Positions 1 through 8,960 of a stretch of DNA of 64,000 nt are shown piece by piece. Positions within the stretch are counted from its first letter, which is position 1; the number at the start of each line of letters is the position of its first letter. The notes under the pieces are model-generated. The model ran no database searches and was not told the DNA's origin. It was given only the letters and a program-made list of their open reading frames with translations. Position numbers and translations under genes: made by a program. Source of the stretch: Candidatus Woesebacteria bacterium RIFCSPLOWO2_01_FULL_39_23 (GTDB taxonomy: Bacteria > Patescibacteriota > Microgenomatia > UBA8517). The DNA is taken from NCBI GenBank assembly GCA_001793095.1, contig MGHG01000007.1, positions 1,306-65,305 of the forward strand, in the 5' to 3' direction.

Positions 1-633
1 AACTCTGACTTTTTTTGCTAACCCGAGTTTTGTTGCAATTTCTACAATTTCAGAAACTACATCAGAGAGATTAACTATATCTTTTTTCACCTTTGCGCTC
101 TCGGCTTCGCTCCAGGCAAGATCAAGAATATTTTTCAAGGTAGTTGTGATCCTATTGTTATCTGAAAGTACTTCAGCAAGTACTTTTTTATACTCCTCGT
201 TGCTCCTTTCTTTAGTGAGAGCTATTTCGATATTACTTCGCTGCGTTGCCAGAGGAGTTTTGAGTTCGTGTGCGACATCACCTATAAATTGTCTTTCCCT
301 TTTAAAGGCTTGCAATAACCTATCTAGAAGTTGATTAAAGGAGAAAGCGAGTTCGCCAATTTCATCTTCACTTTCAATGTCAGTAACTTTTTCATTTAGG
401 TTTTTGCTTGTTATTGTCTTTATTTTCGAAGAAAGTTTAGATAATCCGTCGGTCATTTTGCGAACAATAAAAAAACCTTCAAGAGCAAGAAATATTAAAA
501 GAATGGTAAAAAAAATATTGCGATAGGGTAAAGTGTAAATATGAACCGCAAAGTAGAAAAAAGCGGTAACGGTAATAAGTGAGGTTATATACCAAAAAAA
601 GAGTTTTCCTCGGAGACTTTTTATCGGCTTCAT
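1..633 (-). CDS. Sensor histidine kinase (HAMP + HisKA), runs off the window start
   Basis: Manual translation from ATG at 633: two TM segments, HAMP (EDEIGELAFSFNQLLDRL), H-box FIGDVAHELKTPL; directly downstream of a response regulator. Not in the ORF track. Confidence 0.9.
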   Translation of the reverse strand, partial: MKPIKSLRGKLFFWYITSLITVTAFFYFAVHIYTLPYRNIFFTILLIFLALEGFFIVRKMTDGLSKLSSKIKTITSKNLNEKVTDIESEDEIGELAFSFNQLLDRLLQAFKRERQFIGDVAHELKTPLATQRSNIEIALTKERSNEEYKKVLAEVLSDNNRITTTLKNILDLAWSEAESAKVKKDIVNLSDVVSEIVEIATKLGLAKKVRV

Positions 634-636
634 AAG

Positions 637-1314
637 CTAATCAGATTCTACACTAATTTTGTAACCCACACCGTGTATGGTATGAATAAGTTTTACTTTT
701 GAACCCTTGTCAACTTTACGTCTCAAAGAAGCAACAAATACATCAACAATATTACTCATTCCATCAAAATTGTAATCCCAGACGTGCTCTATAATCATTG
801 TTCTTGTTACTACCTCATCTTTATGTCGAAGTAAAAGCTCCATTACTGAAAACTCTTTTGGAGTTAATGAAATTGGTTTACCACTCCGCTGCACTTTGTG
901 TTTTATCGGGTCTAATTCCAAATCTGAAATTTTTAAAGTCGGGGAGGGTTCTTGCTTACTTCTTCGAATTAAGGCGTGAATTCGTGAGCGAAGTTCCAGA
1001 AAAGAAAATGGCTTGGTCATATAATCATCTGCTCCAGAATCCAAACCTGCTACTTTATCTTCAACCTCGCTTTTTGCAGTAAGCATTAAAACAGGTGATC
1101 TTATATTTTTAGTTCTTAGCTCGCGGCAAATTGTTACACCATCGACCTTAGGGAGCATTATATCAAGCAAGATCAGATCATATTCTTCGGATTCGGCCAA
1201 ATATTGTCCTTCCTCTCCATCGTAAGCAGCATCAACCGCAAAGCCTTCCTCAGTTAGACCCTTTTTGATGATGTTGGCAAGCCTACGCTCATCTTCAACG
1301 ACCAATATTCGCAT
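637..1314 (-). CDS. OmpR/PhoB-family response regulator (CusR/CopR-like)
   Basis: MRILVVEDE, LLDIMLP, GADDYMTKPF, winged-helix C-terminus TIHGVGY. Confidence 0.95.
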   Translation of the reverse strand: MRILVVEDERRLANIIKKGLTEEGFAVDAAYDGEEGQYLAESEEYDLILLDIMLPKVDGVTICRELRTKNIRSPVLMLTAKSEVEDKVAGLDSGADDYMTKPFSFLELRSRIHALIRRSKQEPSPTLKISDLELDPIKHKVQRSGKPISLTPKEFSVMELLLRHKDEVVTRTMIIEHVWDYNFDGMSNIVDVFVASLRRKVDKGSKVKLIHTIHGVGYKISVESD

Positions 1315-1338
1315 TATCCCAATATTATATCAGTAATC

Positions 1339-1356
1339 ATGAAGAAATTATGAAGA
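1339..1356 (-). promoter_or_regulatory. Putative OmpR-family binding site (TCTTCAT-N4-TCTTCAT)
   Basis: Perfect 7-bp direct repeat with 11-bp period upstream of the response regulator; a related copy lies at 2217-2234. Confidence 0.6.
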
Positions 1357-1376
1357 TTTACAAAGTTTAGGTGTAT

Positions 1377-1514
1377 TTACTTTTTCTGTATCTGTTTCCA
1401 AAGCCAGATTCCTAAAAGTATAAGATCGATTAAAACAACGATTCCGAAAAGACTTCCAAAAACTCCAGCTCCTCCCATCATCCCCCCATATTGACCAAAA
1501 CCCATCATAAACAT
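1377..1514 (-). CDS. Small Met/Gly-rich single-TM protein (45 aa)
   Basis: Manual translation MFMMGFGQYGGMMGGAGVFGSLFGIVVLIDLILLGIWLWKQIQKK after SD GGGGGTG; start could be 1508. Confidence 0.75.
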   Translation of the reverse strand: MFMMGFGQYGGMMGGAGVFGSLFGIVVLIDLILLGIWLWKQIQKK

Positions 1515-1543
1515 TCACCCCCCTTAAAATATAATATCAGTAT

Positions 1544-2191
1544 TCAGTTATAAGGGGCAAGTCGTGCTCTTACCACAAGCCTTCTCGGTTTTCTTGGATC
1601 TCCAGGAGGAACACAGGTAATTAGGCTAATGTAGGATCCATCGCTATTCTGCTCTAGAACTTGGATATCTTTTGGCAGCACCTCAAACTTTGTTTCAACA
1701 ACGTATTTGTAGGTAATTCCATCGTAGTTAACAATTATCTCGTCTCCTTCTTGGAATTTTGGCAGTGTCGAAAAAATTGTTTTGTAGTTTGTTGGACTGA
1801 AAAAGAGGGGTAAAGCAGAGTGACCGAATATTACACTGTTACCTGTTTTTCCAGGAACTGCAGTTCCTGGATAGTGAATAAGCGATTTTGCCAGGTCTTC
1901 GCCTCCGATAGTAACTGTTGCCGACTCAACACCCAGTTTTGGAATAGACATTGTGTAATATTTCACTTCTGTGGAGGTAAAATCTTCTTCTCTTGCACCC
2001 CCTTCAAACCAAGAACTCGCTTTAGTAGTTGCAGCTTTTGAATTAAAAGAATCATCATCTACTAATGGTGAAATAAGTGTAGGCGGAGCGGTCAACTCGT
2101 AAGAAATTATTGGAAAAACGGTAGCGAAAAGTATTGTTGAGCCTGATATAAAATTTATAGCGGCAAGAATTCGTTTAACAGTCTTACTCAT
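1544..2191 (-). CDS. Sortase family protein
   Basis: N-terminal TM, VIFGHS, catalytic SLITC, downstream Arg (PRRLVVRA). Confidence 0.9.
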   Translation of the reverse strand: MSKTVKRILAAINFISGSTILFATVFPIISYELTAPPTLISPLVDDDSFNSKAATTKASSWFEGGAREEDFTSTEVKYYTMSIPKLGVESATVTIGGEDLAKSLIHYPGTAVPGKTGNSVIFGHSALPLFFSPTNYKTIFSTLPKFQEGDEIIVNYDGITYKYVVETKFEVLPKDIQVLEQNSDGSYISLITCVPPGDPRKPRRLVVRARLAPYN

Positions 2192-2216
2192 TAACTACCA
2201 CTTTAATGAGTGATGA

Positions 2217-2234
2217 GTTAAGAAGTTATGAAGA
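2217..2234 (-). promoter_or_regulatory. Second putative OmpR-family site, upstream of sortase
   Basis: TCTTCAT-AACT-TCTTAAC on the minus strand, similar to 1339-1356. Confidence 0.5.
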
Positions 2235-2238
2235 CAAA

Positions 2239-2439
2239 CTATTTTTGTAAAGCTTCAGCTTGTTTAGGTGGACATTTTATATCTGCATAAGAGCAAAATA
2301 CGCAACAATCGCCTTCTTTTGGTTTTAGCATTTCTCCACAATGAATACACTTATAAAAATGCTGGCAGGCATCAGTAGGCATCGTGGCTTCCTGCTTTTT
2401 CCCACATTTGGGACAAGTTAATATTGCTTCAGTTTTCAT
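2239..2439 (-). CDS. GDCCVxC-domain small Cys-rich protein
   Basis: CPKCG...C...CIHC...GDCCVFCSY motif. Confidence 0.85.
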   Translation of the reverse strand: MKTEAILTCPKCGKKQEATMPTDACQHFYKCIHCGEMLKPKEGDCCVFCSYADIKCPPKQAEALQK

Positions 2440-2457
2440 ATTGTGTCCTTACCTCTC

Positions 2458-2580
2458 TTATTTCTCTTCTTTACTTTCCTCCGGTACTAAATCCATTCCA
2501 CACTTCGGACAACTTCCTGGTTTATCCGACTTAACTTCCGGGTGCATTGGACATGTATATTTTTGTTTCTTTTCCTCCAC
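2458..2580 (-). CDS. Stand-alone heavy-metal-binding domain protein (40 aa)
   Basis: Manual translation from GTG after AGGAGGTG: [40 protein letters not shown] (YTCPMHP...CPKCGM motif). Below the ORF-track cutoff. Confidence 0.9.
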   Translation of the reverse strand: MEEKKQKYTCPMHPEVKSDKPGSCPKCGMDLVPEESKEEK

Positions 2581-2616
2581 AGGCTATCACCTCCTTTAAC
2601 CAAACTTTGTCGTTCA

Positions 2617-3033
2617 TTAATACCCCCAATCTTTTTGCCACTCCCGCATCATTTCAATCTCATCAGTTTGGGCGGCAATAATATCATCGGCCATTTGTTT
2701 GATCTCATCGTGCAAGGCAGCTGTTTTAGCTTGTTGGGCCATATCTATTGCCCCTTGATGGTGAACAATCATTGCTTCCATAAAGGCTTTATCAAAATCA
2801 TCACCCGTTTTGCCTTCCATAGACTCCATCATTTCCTCCATACTTGATGCTGTTCCCATCATCATTGATCCAACCGTATCTTCTTCTTGCTCAATCATAT
2901 TAAATCTTGCATTCATTCCCATCATCCGCATCATACCTGTGTTGTTGGCATTAACAGCATTTGAAGCAAAGAGCATTGTCAAAACAATCCCTGATAATAA
3001 ACCTATGATTCCATAAAGATATTCTTTTTGCAA
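2617..3033 (-). CDS. DUF305 / CopM-like Met-rich exported protein
   Basis: FDKAFMEAMIVHHQGAIDMA...IIAAQTDEI; N-terminal TM; Met-rich. Confidence 0.85.
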   Translation of the reverse strand: MQKEYLYGIIGLLSGIVLTMLFASNAVNANNTGMMRMMGMNARFNMIEQEEDTVGSMMMGTASSMEEMMESMEGKTGDDFDKAFMEAMIVHHQGAIDMAQQAKTAALHDEIKQMADDIIAAQTDEIEMMREWQKDWGY

Positions 3034-3069
3034 AAAATTTCACCTCCTTTCAAAAAACTTTGTTTAATT

Positions 3070-3591
3070 TTACTTTCCTTCAATGAATTGCACTAAGGCA
3101 TTTTTGTCAAGGTTATCAAATGTCTGAATTTTTCCCATCCTTGTTATCGCAATCTTTTTACTCATGTTTGAAAAAGGTGCAACATATACAAACTCGGAAT
3201 ATTTGTTTGCAATTTCTGCAAGTTTTTCTTTAAGACCGGGTTCGCATTCAAAGTCCTCGCAGTTGTAATTGATAATCACTCCAGGAGGTCCTTTTCCATC
3301 CGAATGCTCCAGCATGTGCTTTTGGACGGATAGGGACATTGGTTCATCCATAACGTGCGATGAGGGATTTTGTTCTATATGACCGGCCATGTCAGTAGGA
3401 GGTAAAATTTCTCTGTTTGTTGACCAATAATAAATGCCACCAATAAGGAGTACTGCAATAATTAAATCAATACTCCAATTACGAATTCTACCTATTAAAC
3501 TACTTTTTGATACATCTTGCGCTTTCAATGCTCTTATTTTTTTCTTGCGTTCTCTTTTTGGTAGTTCATTCCATTCTTCTGGATATTCCAT
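3070..3591 (-). CDS. DUF3105-like membrane-anchored protein
   Basis: TM segment, then HMLEH...GVIINYNC resembling the DUF3105 motif. Confidence 0.6.
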   Translation of the reverse strand: MEYPEEWNELPKRERKKKIRALKAQDVSKSSLIGRIRNWSIDLIIAVLLIGGIYYWSTNREILPPTDMAGHIEQNPSSHVMDEPMSLSVQKHMLEHSDGKGPPGVIINYNCEDFECEPGLKEKLAEIANKYSEFVYVAPFSNMSKKIAITRMGKIQTFDNLDKNALVQFIEGK

Positions 3592-3594
3592 ACT

Positions 3595-4116
3595 TCACCT
3601 CCTTCTACTTATTTTTATATTACATATTCCTAGAACCCTTTTAGACGTGTAGTAAAGCGTTAAAAGCATAATGATAATTGAAAGTAAGAGTATCATTTGT
3701 CTGTATTTCAGCAAAAGCAACACCCCTCCCAAACCTAAAAATCCAAAAATAGATCCCACACAGGAAGCGCAAGACGCAGTGGGACCAAAAATTGAACCCA
3801 ACATTCCAGACAAAGTACTAAAACTACTACGTCCAACTGTTGCTGTACTTAGAGAATTTTTTAACTCATTTCTAATAACAAAAATATTCATTGTTAAAGA
3901 GAGGGAGGTAAGGCTAGAGAGTAAGACAAGTAAAAACCAATCTTTCAGAGTAAAAATGGAAATTTGAAAAGAAAAAGTATTACCTGGAATTTGCCTGACA
4001 GGAATATAAATAAAAAACCAAAGAGCTAGAATTGACAAAGCAAAGAAGGTGATCAAAAAAATTTTCTCTTTAAAAACATTTTTCACCGCAAGAATAACCA
4101 ATTGAATATAATGCAT
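3595..4116 (-). CDS. Membrane protein with intramembrane CxxC (possible metal or thiol transfer)
   Basis: About 4 TM segments, SCASC motif, in operon with DsbA. Confidence 0.6.
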   Translation of the reverse strand: MHYIQLVILAVKNVFKEKIFLITFFALSILALWFFIYIPVRQIPGNTFSFQISIFTLKDWFLLVLLSSLTSLSLTMNIFVIRNELKNSLSTATVGRSSFSTLSGMLGSIFGPTASCASCVGSIFGFLGLGGVLLLLKYRQMILLLSIIIMLLTLYYTSKRVLGICNIKISRRR

Positions 4117-4122
4117 GTTTTA

Positions 4123-4905
4123 TCATGATTCTTTGAGCATGTTGTCTATCTCCGTTTTAAAGTTTTCGAATGGTAATGCTCCGGGAATTAATTTAGTTTT
4201 GCCTGTTTTTGTATCAAGCAGTATATTTCCGGGTGTTCCTGTTACACCGGCTTTTGCACCACTTTGGAAATCGCTTTCTACATGAGCTGCCGTCTTGCCA
4301 CTATCAAGACACGTCTTGAACGCACTTTGATTAAGGCCGACCTCACCTGCCAATTTGGGTAAATCATCCAGGTTCAAACCGTTATTGGAAGGGGTAACCT
4401 CAAAGATTTTATCGGTCAATTTCCAGAAACCATCATTACCCGCCAGTTCATATGCACACTCGGTAGCCTCAGCCTCTTTATCTGCTTTTTGATGGATTTG
4501 GTCTAATGGAAAATGCCTATAAACCCAAGCAACCTGACCTTTATATTCATCAACTATTTGTTTAGCAGTTGGATGAAATCTCTTGCAGAATGGGCATTCC
4601 AAGTCTGAATATTCAATTAGAAGCATCCTTGCATTCTTATCGCCTCTTACATGATCGTCGTTTCTCAACTTATCAACTTGGTCAGCATTACCGAAGGAAG
4701 GCTGAACTCCTCCTGCAGCTGGTTGTCCTCCTTGAGCACCTCCGGCGGCTCCAGCTTGTGTTCCGGCGATACGTGTGGTTCCACCACCTTCCAAGTTTTT
4801 GACTTTCTGCCAAAGCATTCCTACTGCAAAAGCAAGTCCAATTGACGCAACAAGAAGAATTGGAACTAATTTTTCAAGAAGATTACTCTTAGACTTTAAT
4901 ATCAT
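4123..4905 (-). CDS. DsbA/BdbD-like thiol-disulfide oxidoreductase
   Basis: EYSDLECPFC, YRHFPL, GVTGTP. Start moved to ATG 4905 because the promoter and operator occupy 4910-4948. Confidence 0.9.
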   Translation of the reverse strand: MILKSKSNLLEKLVPILLVASIGLAFAVGMLWQKVKNLEGGGTTRIAGTQAGAAGGAQGGQPAAGGVQPSFGNADQVDKLRNDDHVRGDKNARMLLIEYSDLECPFCKRFHPTAKQIVDEYKGQVAWVYRHFPLDQIHQKADKEAEATECAYELAGNDGFWKLTDKIFEVTPSNNGLNLDDLPKLAGEVGLNQSAFKTCLDSGKTAAHVESDFQSGAKAGVTGTPGNILLDTKTGKTKLIPGALPFENFKTEIDNMLKES

Positions 4906-4909
4906 AGAT

Positions 4910-4948
4910 ATACTACGAAGTGTAGTAGACAATAGTAAAGGTTGTCAA
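4910..4948 (-). promoter_or_regulatory. Sigma70 promoter with BlaI/CopY-type operator
   Basis: TTGACA-18-TACACT overlapped by the palindrome TACTACGAAGTGTAGTA; near-identical operator at 6248-6263. Confidence 0.7.
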
Positions 4949-4960
4949 TAAGTAAAAGGG

Positions 4961-5911
4961 TTAGTCAACGTTATTATTAAAAGAGGCGAATGTTGACTGA
5001 AATGCGGGGGTAATGTAAGAGCTTTGGTTAATATTATTTGTTGGGCAGTGTGTAGAACAGAGGTTATCCTCACAATTTGAAAGGTCTGAATTACCCATCG
5101 CCTGAATAGTATGAGTATCTCCTGGAAACTTGAAAAGGAAAAGACCAGCTAGAATGATTACCACAAAAACTAAAAAGTTAATCCTTTTGATTTTGTAGTC
5201 GGTTCTTCTTGAAAAGTTTGGGTAAATTTTGAAACGATTTTGAGAACTTACCGTTTCAAGTGCTAAATTCAGATGTCTTGTGGTCTTTTGTTGATTAGAA
5301 ACAAAAAGATCTGCTTCCTTCTCTAATACAGTTCTCATTTTCCTTGTTAAATCTCTTAAAACAGGCAGCATTAGTAGTGATGAAGATAAAATTTCCCCGA
5401 CAATAAGTAATAGTGGATGTCGATTTTTTAAATGGTAATATTCATGAAGTGTTACTGCTTCAAGCTGATTCTGATTTAGTTTTTCTATTAAGCTGGTCGA
5501 AATAACTATTTTTGGTGAAAACCAATCTATTGTAAAAGCATAAACATCTACCTCTTCTACAATAATAATTAAATCTTTTCGGATACCGTTTCTTTCTAGA
5601 ATAAATTTAAGTTTTTGAGGTAAAGAATAAATTTGTTTTTGCAAAAGTACCTCTAATTTTCTTTTTGTTTTAATACATGAAAGTAAAGTTTTTAGAAATA
5701 GTCCTAATGTAATCATTAAAACAATAGCTGTGAGAATAAATCCTACATAATGGGCTCCGGTTGAGAAAAAGCTCGAAGCAATAACTTTGCAAGTCTCTCG
5801 GAAATGTTCGAAGGTTAGACCCGAGTATCTTTTAAAGAGAGTAAAAAGAGAAACAACTGAGAAAGTAAAAACTAACAAAATGCTTAGGAAATAACTTATT
5901 TCTTTTTTCAT
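4961..5911 (-). CDS. M56 (BlaR1-like) membrane metallopeptidase sensor
   Basis: HEYYH zinc motif, EKEAD, TM segments; downstream of a BlaI-like gene; Cys/His tail (CEDNLCSTHCP) instead of a penicillin-binding domain. Confidence 0.85.
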   Translation of the reverse strand: MKKEISYFLSILLVFTFSVVSLFTLFKRYSGLTFEHFRETCKVIASSFFSTGAHYVGFILTAIVLMITLGLFLKTLLSCIKTKRKLEVLLQKQIYSLPQKLKFILERNGIRKDLIIIVEEVDVYAFTIDWFSPKIVISTSLIEKLNQNQLEAVTLHEYYHLKNRHPLLLIVGEILSSSLLMLPVLRDLTRKMRTVLEKEADLFVSNQQKTTRHLNLALETVSSQNRFKIYPNFSRRTDYKIKRINFLVFVVIILAGLFLFKFPGDTHTIQAMGNSDLSNCEDNLCSTHCPTNNINQSSYITPAFQSTFASFNNNVD

Positions 5912-5919
5912 ACAATCTC

Positions 5920-6246
5920 TTACTTGTGTCGTTTAAGTTCATCTGTAAATGCAGTTACCGCTTCGTGTCCGTATTGGTCAACTAAAGAGTTAACAATTTT
6001 TTTAACTATCCCTTTTGCGGTTTGCTCTTTGGTTTTTTTAGGTGAATATACATATGCCTTACCTTCCATCTTTCTTGCTAAAAAGCCTTTCTCGGTCAAA
6101 CGTGTCATTATTGTCATTACTGTTGTATAAGCAATTTTGCGTTCCTTTTGAAGACATTGATGGATATCCGAAACTGAAGCATTTTTCTCTTTCCACAGAC
6201 AATCCATTACTTCTTGCTCAAGCGGTCCTAAGTTATAGCTAGTCAT
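5920..6246 (-). CDS. BlaI/MecI/CopY family repressor
   Basis: LGPLEQEVMDCLW...AYTTVMTIMTRLTEKGFL...KAYVYSP. Confidence 0.95.
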   Translation of the reverse strand: MTSYNLGPLEQEVMDCLWKEKNASVSDIHQCLQKERKIAYTTVMTIMTRLTEKGFLARKMEGKAYVYSPKKTKEQTAKGIVKKIVNSLVDQYGHEAVTAFTDELKRHK

Positions 6247-6247
6247 A

Positions 6248-6284
6248 TACTACGAATTGTAGGAGATTTAGAAGAAACTATCAA
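6248..6284 (-). promoter_or_regulatory. Promoter and autoregulatory operator of the BlaI-like gene
   Basis: TTGATA-17-TACAAT overlapped by TACTACGAATTGTAG. Confidence 0.7.
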
Positions 6285-6290
6285 TACCAT

Positions 6291-6884
6291 TCAGTAACTA
6301 ATCAGTCGTATTAAAAAAGGTACTATTCTAATAGTCGGCAACTTATAGTTATAGGCAACTTTGTAGTAGATACTTGTGTATTTGTTTACTTGATCGATTA
6401 GTTTTGTCTCAAATTCCTTATCATTCTCAATTATACTTAAGGAATTTCCAGCTACTCTTTCGATCGCTGGATAAAGCAACTGCTTTTGATAATCTTCCGC
6501 CGCAGTAGAATATTGGTCTAGTTTTTCACCTGAAAGTTTCGACAGCTCACTTTCGATTTCCAGATAAATTTTTATGGATGATGGAAGTCTTCTATATGGA
6601 GAGTCTGGTTCTATATTAAACAGGACAAGATCTCTAGCTTGTTTATATTCAAAAACCAAAACATTTGACAACTTTTTGATTACCTTTACCGATTTCTTGC
6701 CTTTGTATTTTTGGTTGTAAGTGGCATCTCCCTGATAGGAATAAATCAAACCGATAATACAGATAAGCTTACCTTTATTTTTCTTAAATCCGAAAAGGTC
6801 GAAAAACTTCTTGAAACTTATTCCCAACTTAAAGCGAGGGTTGAACCGATGTCCTACGTTGCAGCACAAAAGAAGCTCAAACAA
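6291..6884 (-). CDS. Hypothetical protein (true start probably near 6690)
   Basis: ORF; its 5' third overlaps a plausible plus-strand gene. Confidence 0.45.
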   Translation of the reverse strand: MFELLLCCNVGHRFNPRFKLGISFKKFFDLFGFKKNKGKLICIIGLIYSYQGDATYNQKYKGKKSVKVIKKLSNVLVFEYKQARDLVLFNIEPDSPYRRLPSSIKIYLEIESELSKLSGEKLDQYSTAAEDYQKQLLYPAIERVAGNSLSIIENDKEFETKLIDQVNKYTSIYYKVAYNYKLPTIRIVPFLIRLISY

Positions 6885-6911
6885 ATGCTTTATTTATCGG
6901 GTAAAAAATAA
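6711..6911 (+). CDS. Small element-borne hypothetical protein (possibly 5'-truncated)
   Basis: Co-oriented with and coupled to the next ORF and the recombinase. Confidence 0.45.
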   Translation: MVVSGISLIGINQTDNTDKLTFIFLKSEKVEKLLETYSQLKARVEPMSYVAAQKKLKQMLYLSGKK

Positions 6912-6912
6912 A

Positions 6913-7092
6913 ATGCAACTATCCAAAGAGGCTATAGACGAATTCGTGGTAATCTGGAAAAAGGAGTATGGTAAATCAATAAGCGAAACTCTGGCTACGG
7001 TTTATGCCAATAAACTAATCAACCTTTTTACTGCTATTTACAGACCAATAACAAATGTGAATAAAATAAATCTTGAAGAAGATAAGGGTTAG
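6913..7092 (+). CDS. Small hypothetical protein upstream of the recombinase
   Basis: MQLSKEAIDEFVVIWKKEYGKSISE... from the ATG just after the preceding stop. Confidence 0.6.
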   Translation: MQLSKEAIDEFVVIWKKEYGKSISETLATVYANKLINLFTAIYRPITNVNKINLEEDKG

Positions 7093-7195
7093 ATATATGA
7101 TTATATTGAACTCAAAAATACCTTTCGGCTTTTTTAATGGCCGTCTCAGACAAGTCCGAAAGGGTTTGAGTTCAACTGGGACGGCCATTTAAGTT

Positions 7196-8887
7196 ATGGA
7201 AAACAAACTAATATACGTCCAGTATTCAAGAAAATCATCAGAGTCTAGAGAAAAACAGGCATTATCTATTGATGAACAAAAAGAAGAGTGTGTAAAACTT
7301 GAAAAATTATTGGACTTGAACATCCCCTACAAATTAGAAGAATCCCGTTCCGCATACAAACCAGATAATAGACCTGAATTTGATAAGCTGATTTCATTAA
7401 TAGAAGCTGGAAAAGTAAATGCCATACTAACCTGGAAGCCTGATAGGCTTTGCCGTAATCCAAAAGAAGGTGGTTATTTACTCCAATTACTACAAGGTGG
7501 TGTCTTAAAAGAGATTCGGTGTGCTGATGGTGAAACTTATACTCAAGATTCAGACCATTTAATACTCCAAATTCATTTTGGCATGGCAAACCAATACTCA
7601 AGAAATTTAAGCAAGAATGTAAAACGCGGGAACAGCTATAAGTTCTTAAATAACAAACAATGGCTTGGTCCCGCTAAACCAGGGTACTTGAATGCTCAAG
7701 AAGGTAAAGATAAGACAATAGTTGTCGATGAAGAACGTTATCCGATAATTGAAAAGGCTATTAGGTTGATTCTCTCTGGAACTCATACTCCGATGGAAGC
7801 TCTAAATGTGTTGAATAAAAAATTTGGATATAGGAGTCGGAAAACAAAATGCCAAGGTGGTAAACCAATGCATAAAAGTGGTTGGTATCGCTATCTGAGT
7901 GACCCGTATCTTTATGGTTTAATGAAGAGGAAAGAAGGAGAAGTTATGGGTGATTTCAAACCGATGTTATCTAAACCAGAATTTGACAGGTTGCAAATTA
8001 GGTTGGGTAGAAGAGGCACCAGAATTTCCAAGCACGAGATACCCTATCGAGATGTGCTCAAGTGTGGAAGCTGCGGTGGCACTGTATGTGGTGACGATAA
8101 ATGGCAAGTATATTGTCCTGCCTGTAAGGAGAAGTTTCATAAGGGGAAGAATACAACCGAATGTAAATACTGCCACACTCCAATTGAACGGATGAAAAAT
8201 CCTACAATCCTTCATTACGTTTATCTGTTCTGTACAAAAAATAAAAACCCGAATTGTACTCAAAAGATAATCTCGGTTAAAGATTTTGAGAAACTTGTTG
8301 ATGATGAGCTCCTAAAGTTTACAATTCCAGATTCTTTTCGTGATTGGGCTATCAAACACCTGAATAATTGCAACACGAAAGAGGTGGGAGATAGAGAAAT
8401 TGTCAGAACAAACCTAAAAACTGCTTATGATGACTGTGTAAAAAAGCTAGATAGCTTACTTAGTCTCAAAATCAGCCCACAGAATATCGATGGTTCGGTA
8501 ATATCTGATGAAGAGTACAACACCAAACGAAAAACGCTCCTTGATGAAAAGACCAGTCTACTGGAACAGATAAATGGAGTAGATAAGAGGCAGAATGATT
8601 GGATGGAATTATCCGAAAGAACCTTTGATTTTGCAGTTTACGCACGGCATTGGTTGGAACATGGAGACGCTAAACAAAAAAGCTCAATTCTTGCAGCTCT
8701 CGGTTCGAACATAAGGATAATGGACAAGAAACTGCTGATAACACGGCATAAACAGTATTTCTTAATAGAAAAAGGGGTAGGAGAAATTAAACAATTAGCA
8801 AGACAATTCGAACCTGGTAAAACACCCGTATTATCGGAGCATTTACTCTCTTTTGAGCCTATTCGTTCTGCTTGGCTGGGAGACTAG
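7196..8887 (+). CDS. Large serine recombinase (integrase)
   Basis: YSRKSS catalytic motif, KPDRLCRN, recombinase domain, Zn ribbons (CGSC, CPAC, CKYC), coiled coil; last codons read antisense into tRNA-Gln. Confidence 0.95.
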   Translation: MENKLIYVQYSRKSSESREKQALSIDEQKEECVKLEKLLDLNIPYKLEESRSAYKPDNRPEFDKLISLIEAGKVNAILTWKPDRLCRNPKEGGYLLQLLQGGVLKEIRCADGETYTQDSDHLILQIHFGMANQYSRNLSKNVKRGNSYKFLNNKQWLGPAKPGYLNAQEGKDKTIVVDEERYPIIEKAIRLILSGTHTPMEALNVLNKKFGYRSRKTKCQGGKPMHKSGWYRYLSDPYLYGLMKRKEGEVMGDFKPMLSKPEFDRLQIRLGRRGTRISKHEIPYRDVLKCGSCGGTVCGDDKWQVYCPACKEKFHKGKNTTECKYCHTPIERMKNPTILHYVYLFCTKNKNPNCTQKIISVKDFEKLVDDELLKFTIPDSFRDWAIKHLNNCNTKEVGDREIVRTNLKTAYDDCVKKLDSLLSLKISPQNIDGSVISDEEYNTKRKTLLDEKTSLLEQINGVDKRQNDWMELSERTFDFAVYARHWLEHGDAKQKSSILAALGSNIRIMDKKLLITRHKQYFLIEKGVGEIKQLARQFEPGKTPVLSEHLLSFEPIRSAWLGD

Positions 8888-8946
8888 GATTCGAACCTAG
8901 ATATACAGATCCAGAATCTGTAGTCCTACCGTTAGACGATCTCCCA
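8873..8946 (-). tRNA. tRNA-Gln(CTG)
   Basis: TGGGAGA/TCTCCCA acceptor stem, anticodon arm ACAGA-TTCTGGA-TCTGT, GGTTCGAATCC, encoded CCA. Confidence 0.97.
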
Positions 8947-8960
8947 ATACAAAACTCTGA

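Larger units (their letters stand above)
1..8887. mobile_element. Integrative element / genomic island at tRNA-Gln 3' end (left boundary outside window)
   Basis: Integrase abutting and overlapping the tRNA 3' end; cargo of metal/redox genes with strong SD motifs, unlike flanking host genes. Confidence 0.75.

Noticed and set aside
2239-2439. Selenoprotein recoding in the GDCCVxC protein
   Set aside because: All motif positions are Cys codons; no in-frame TGA
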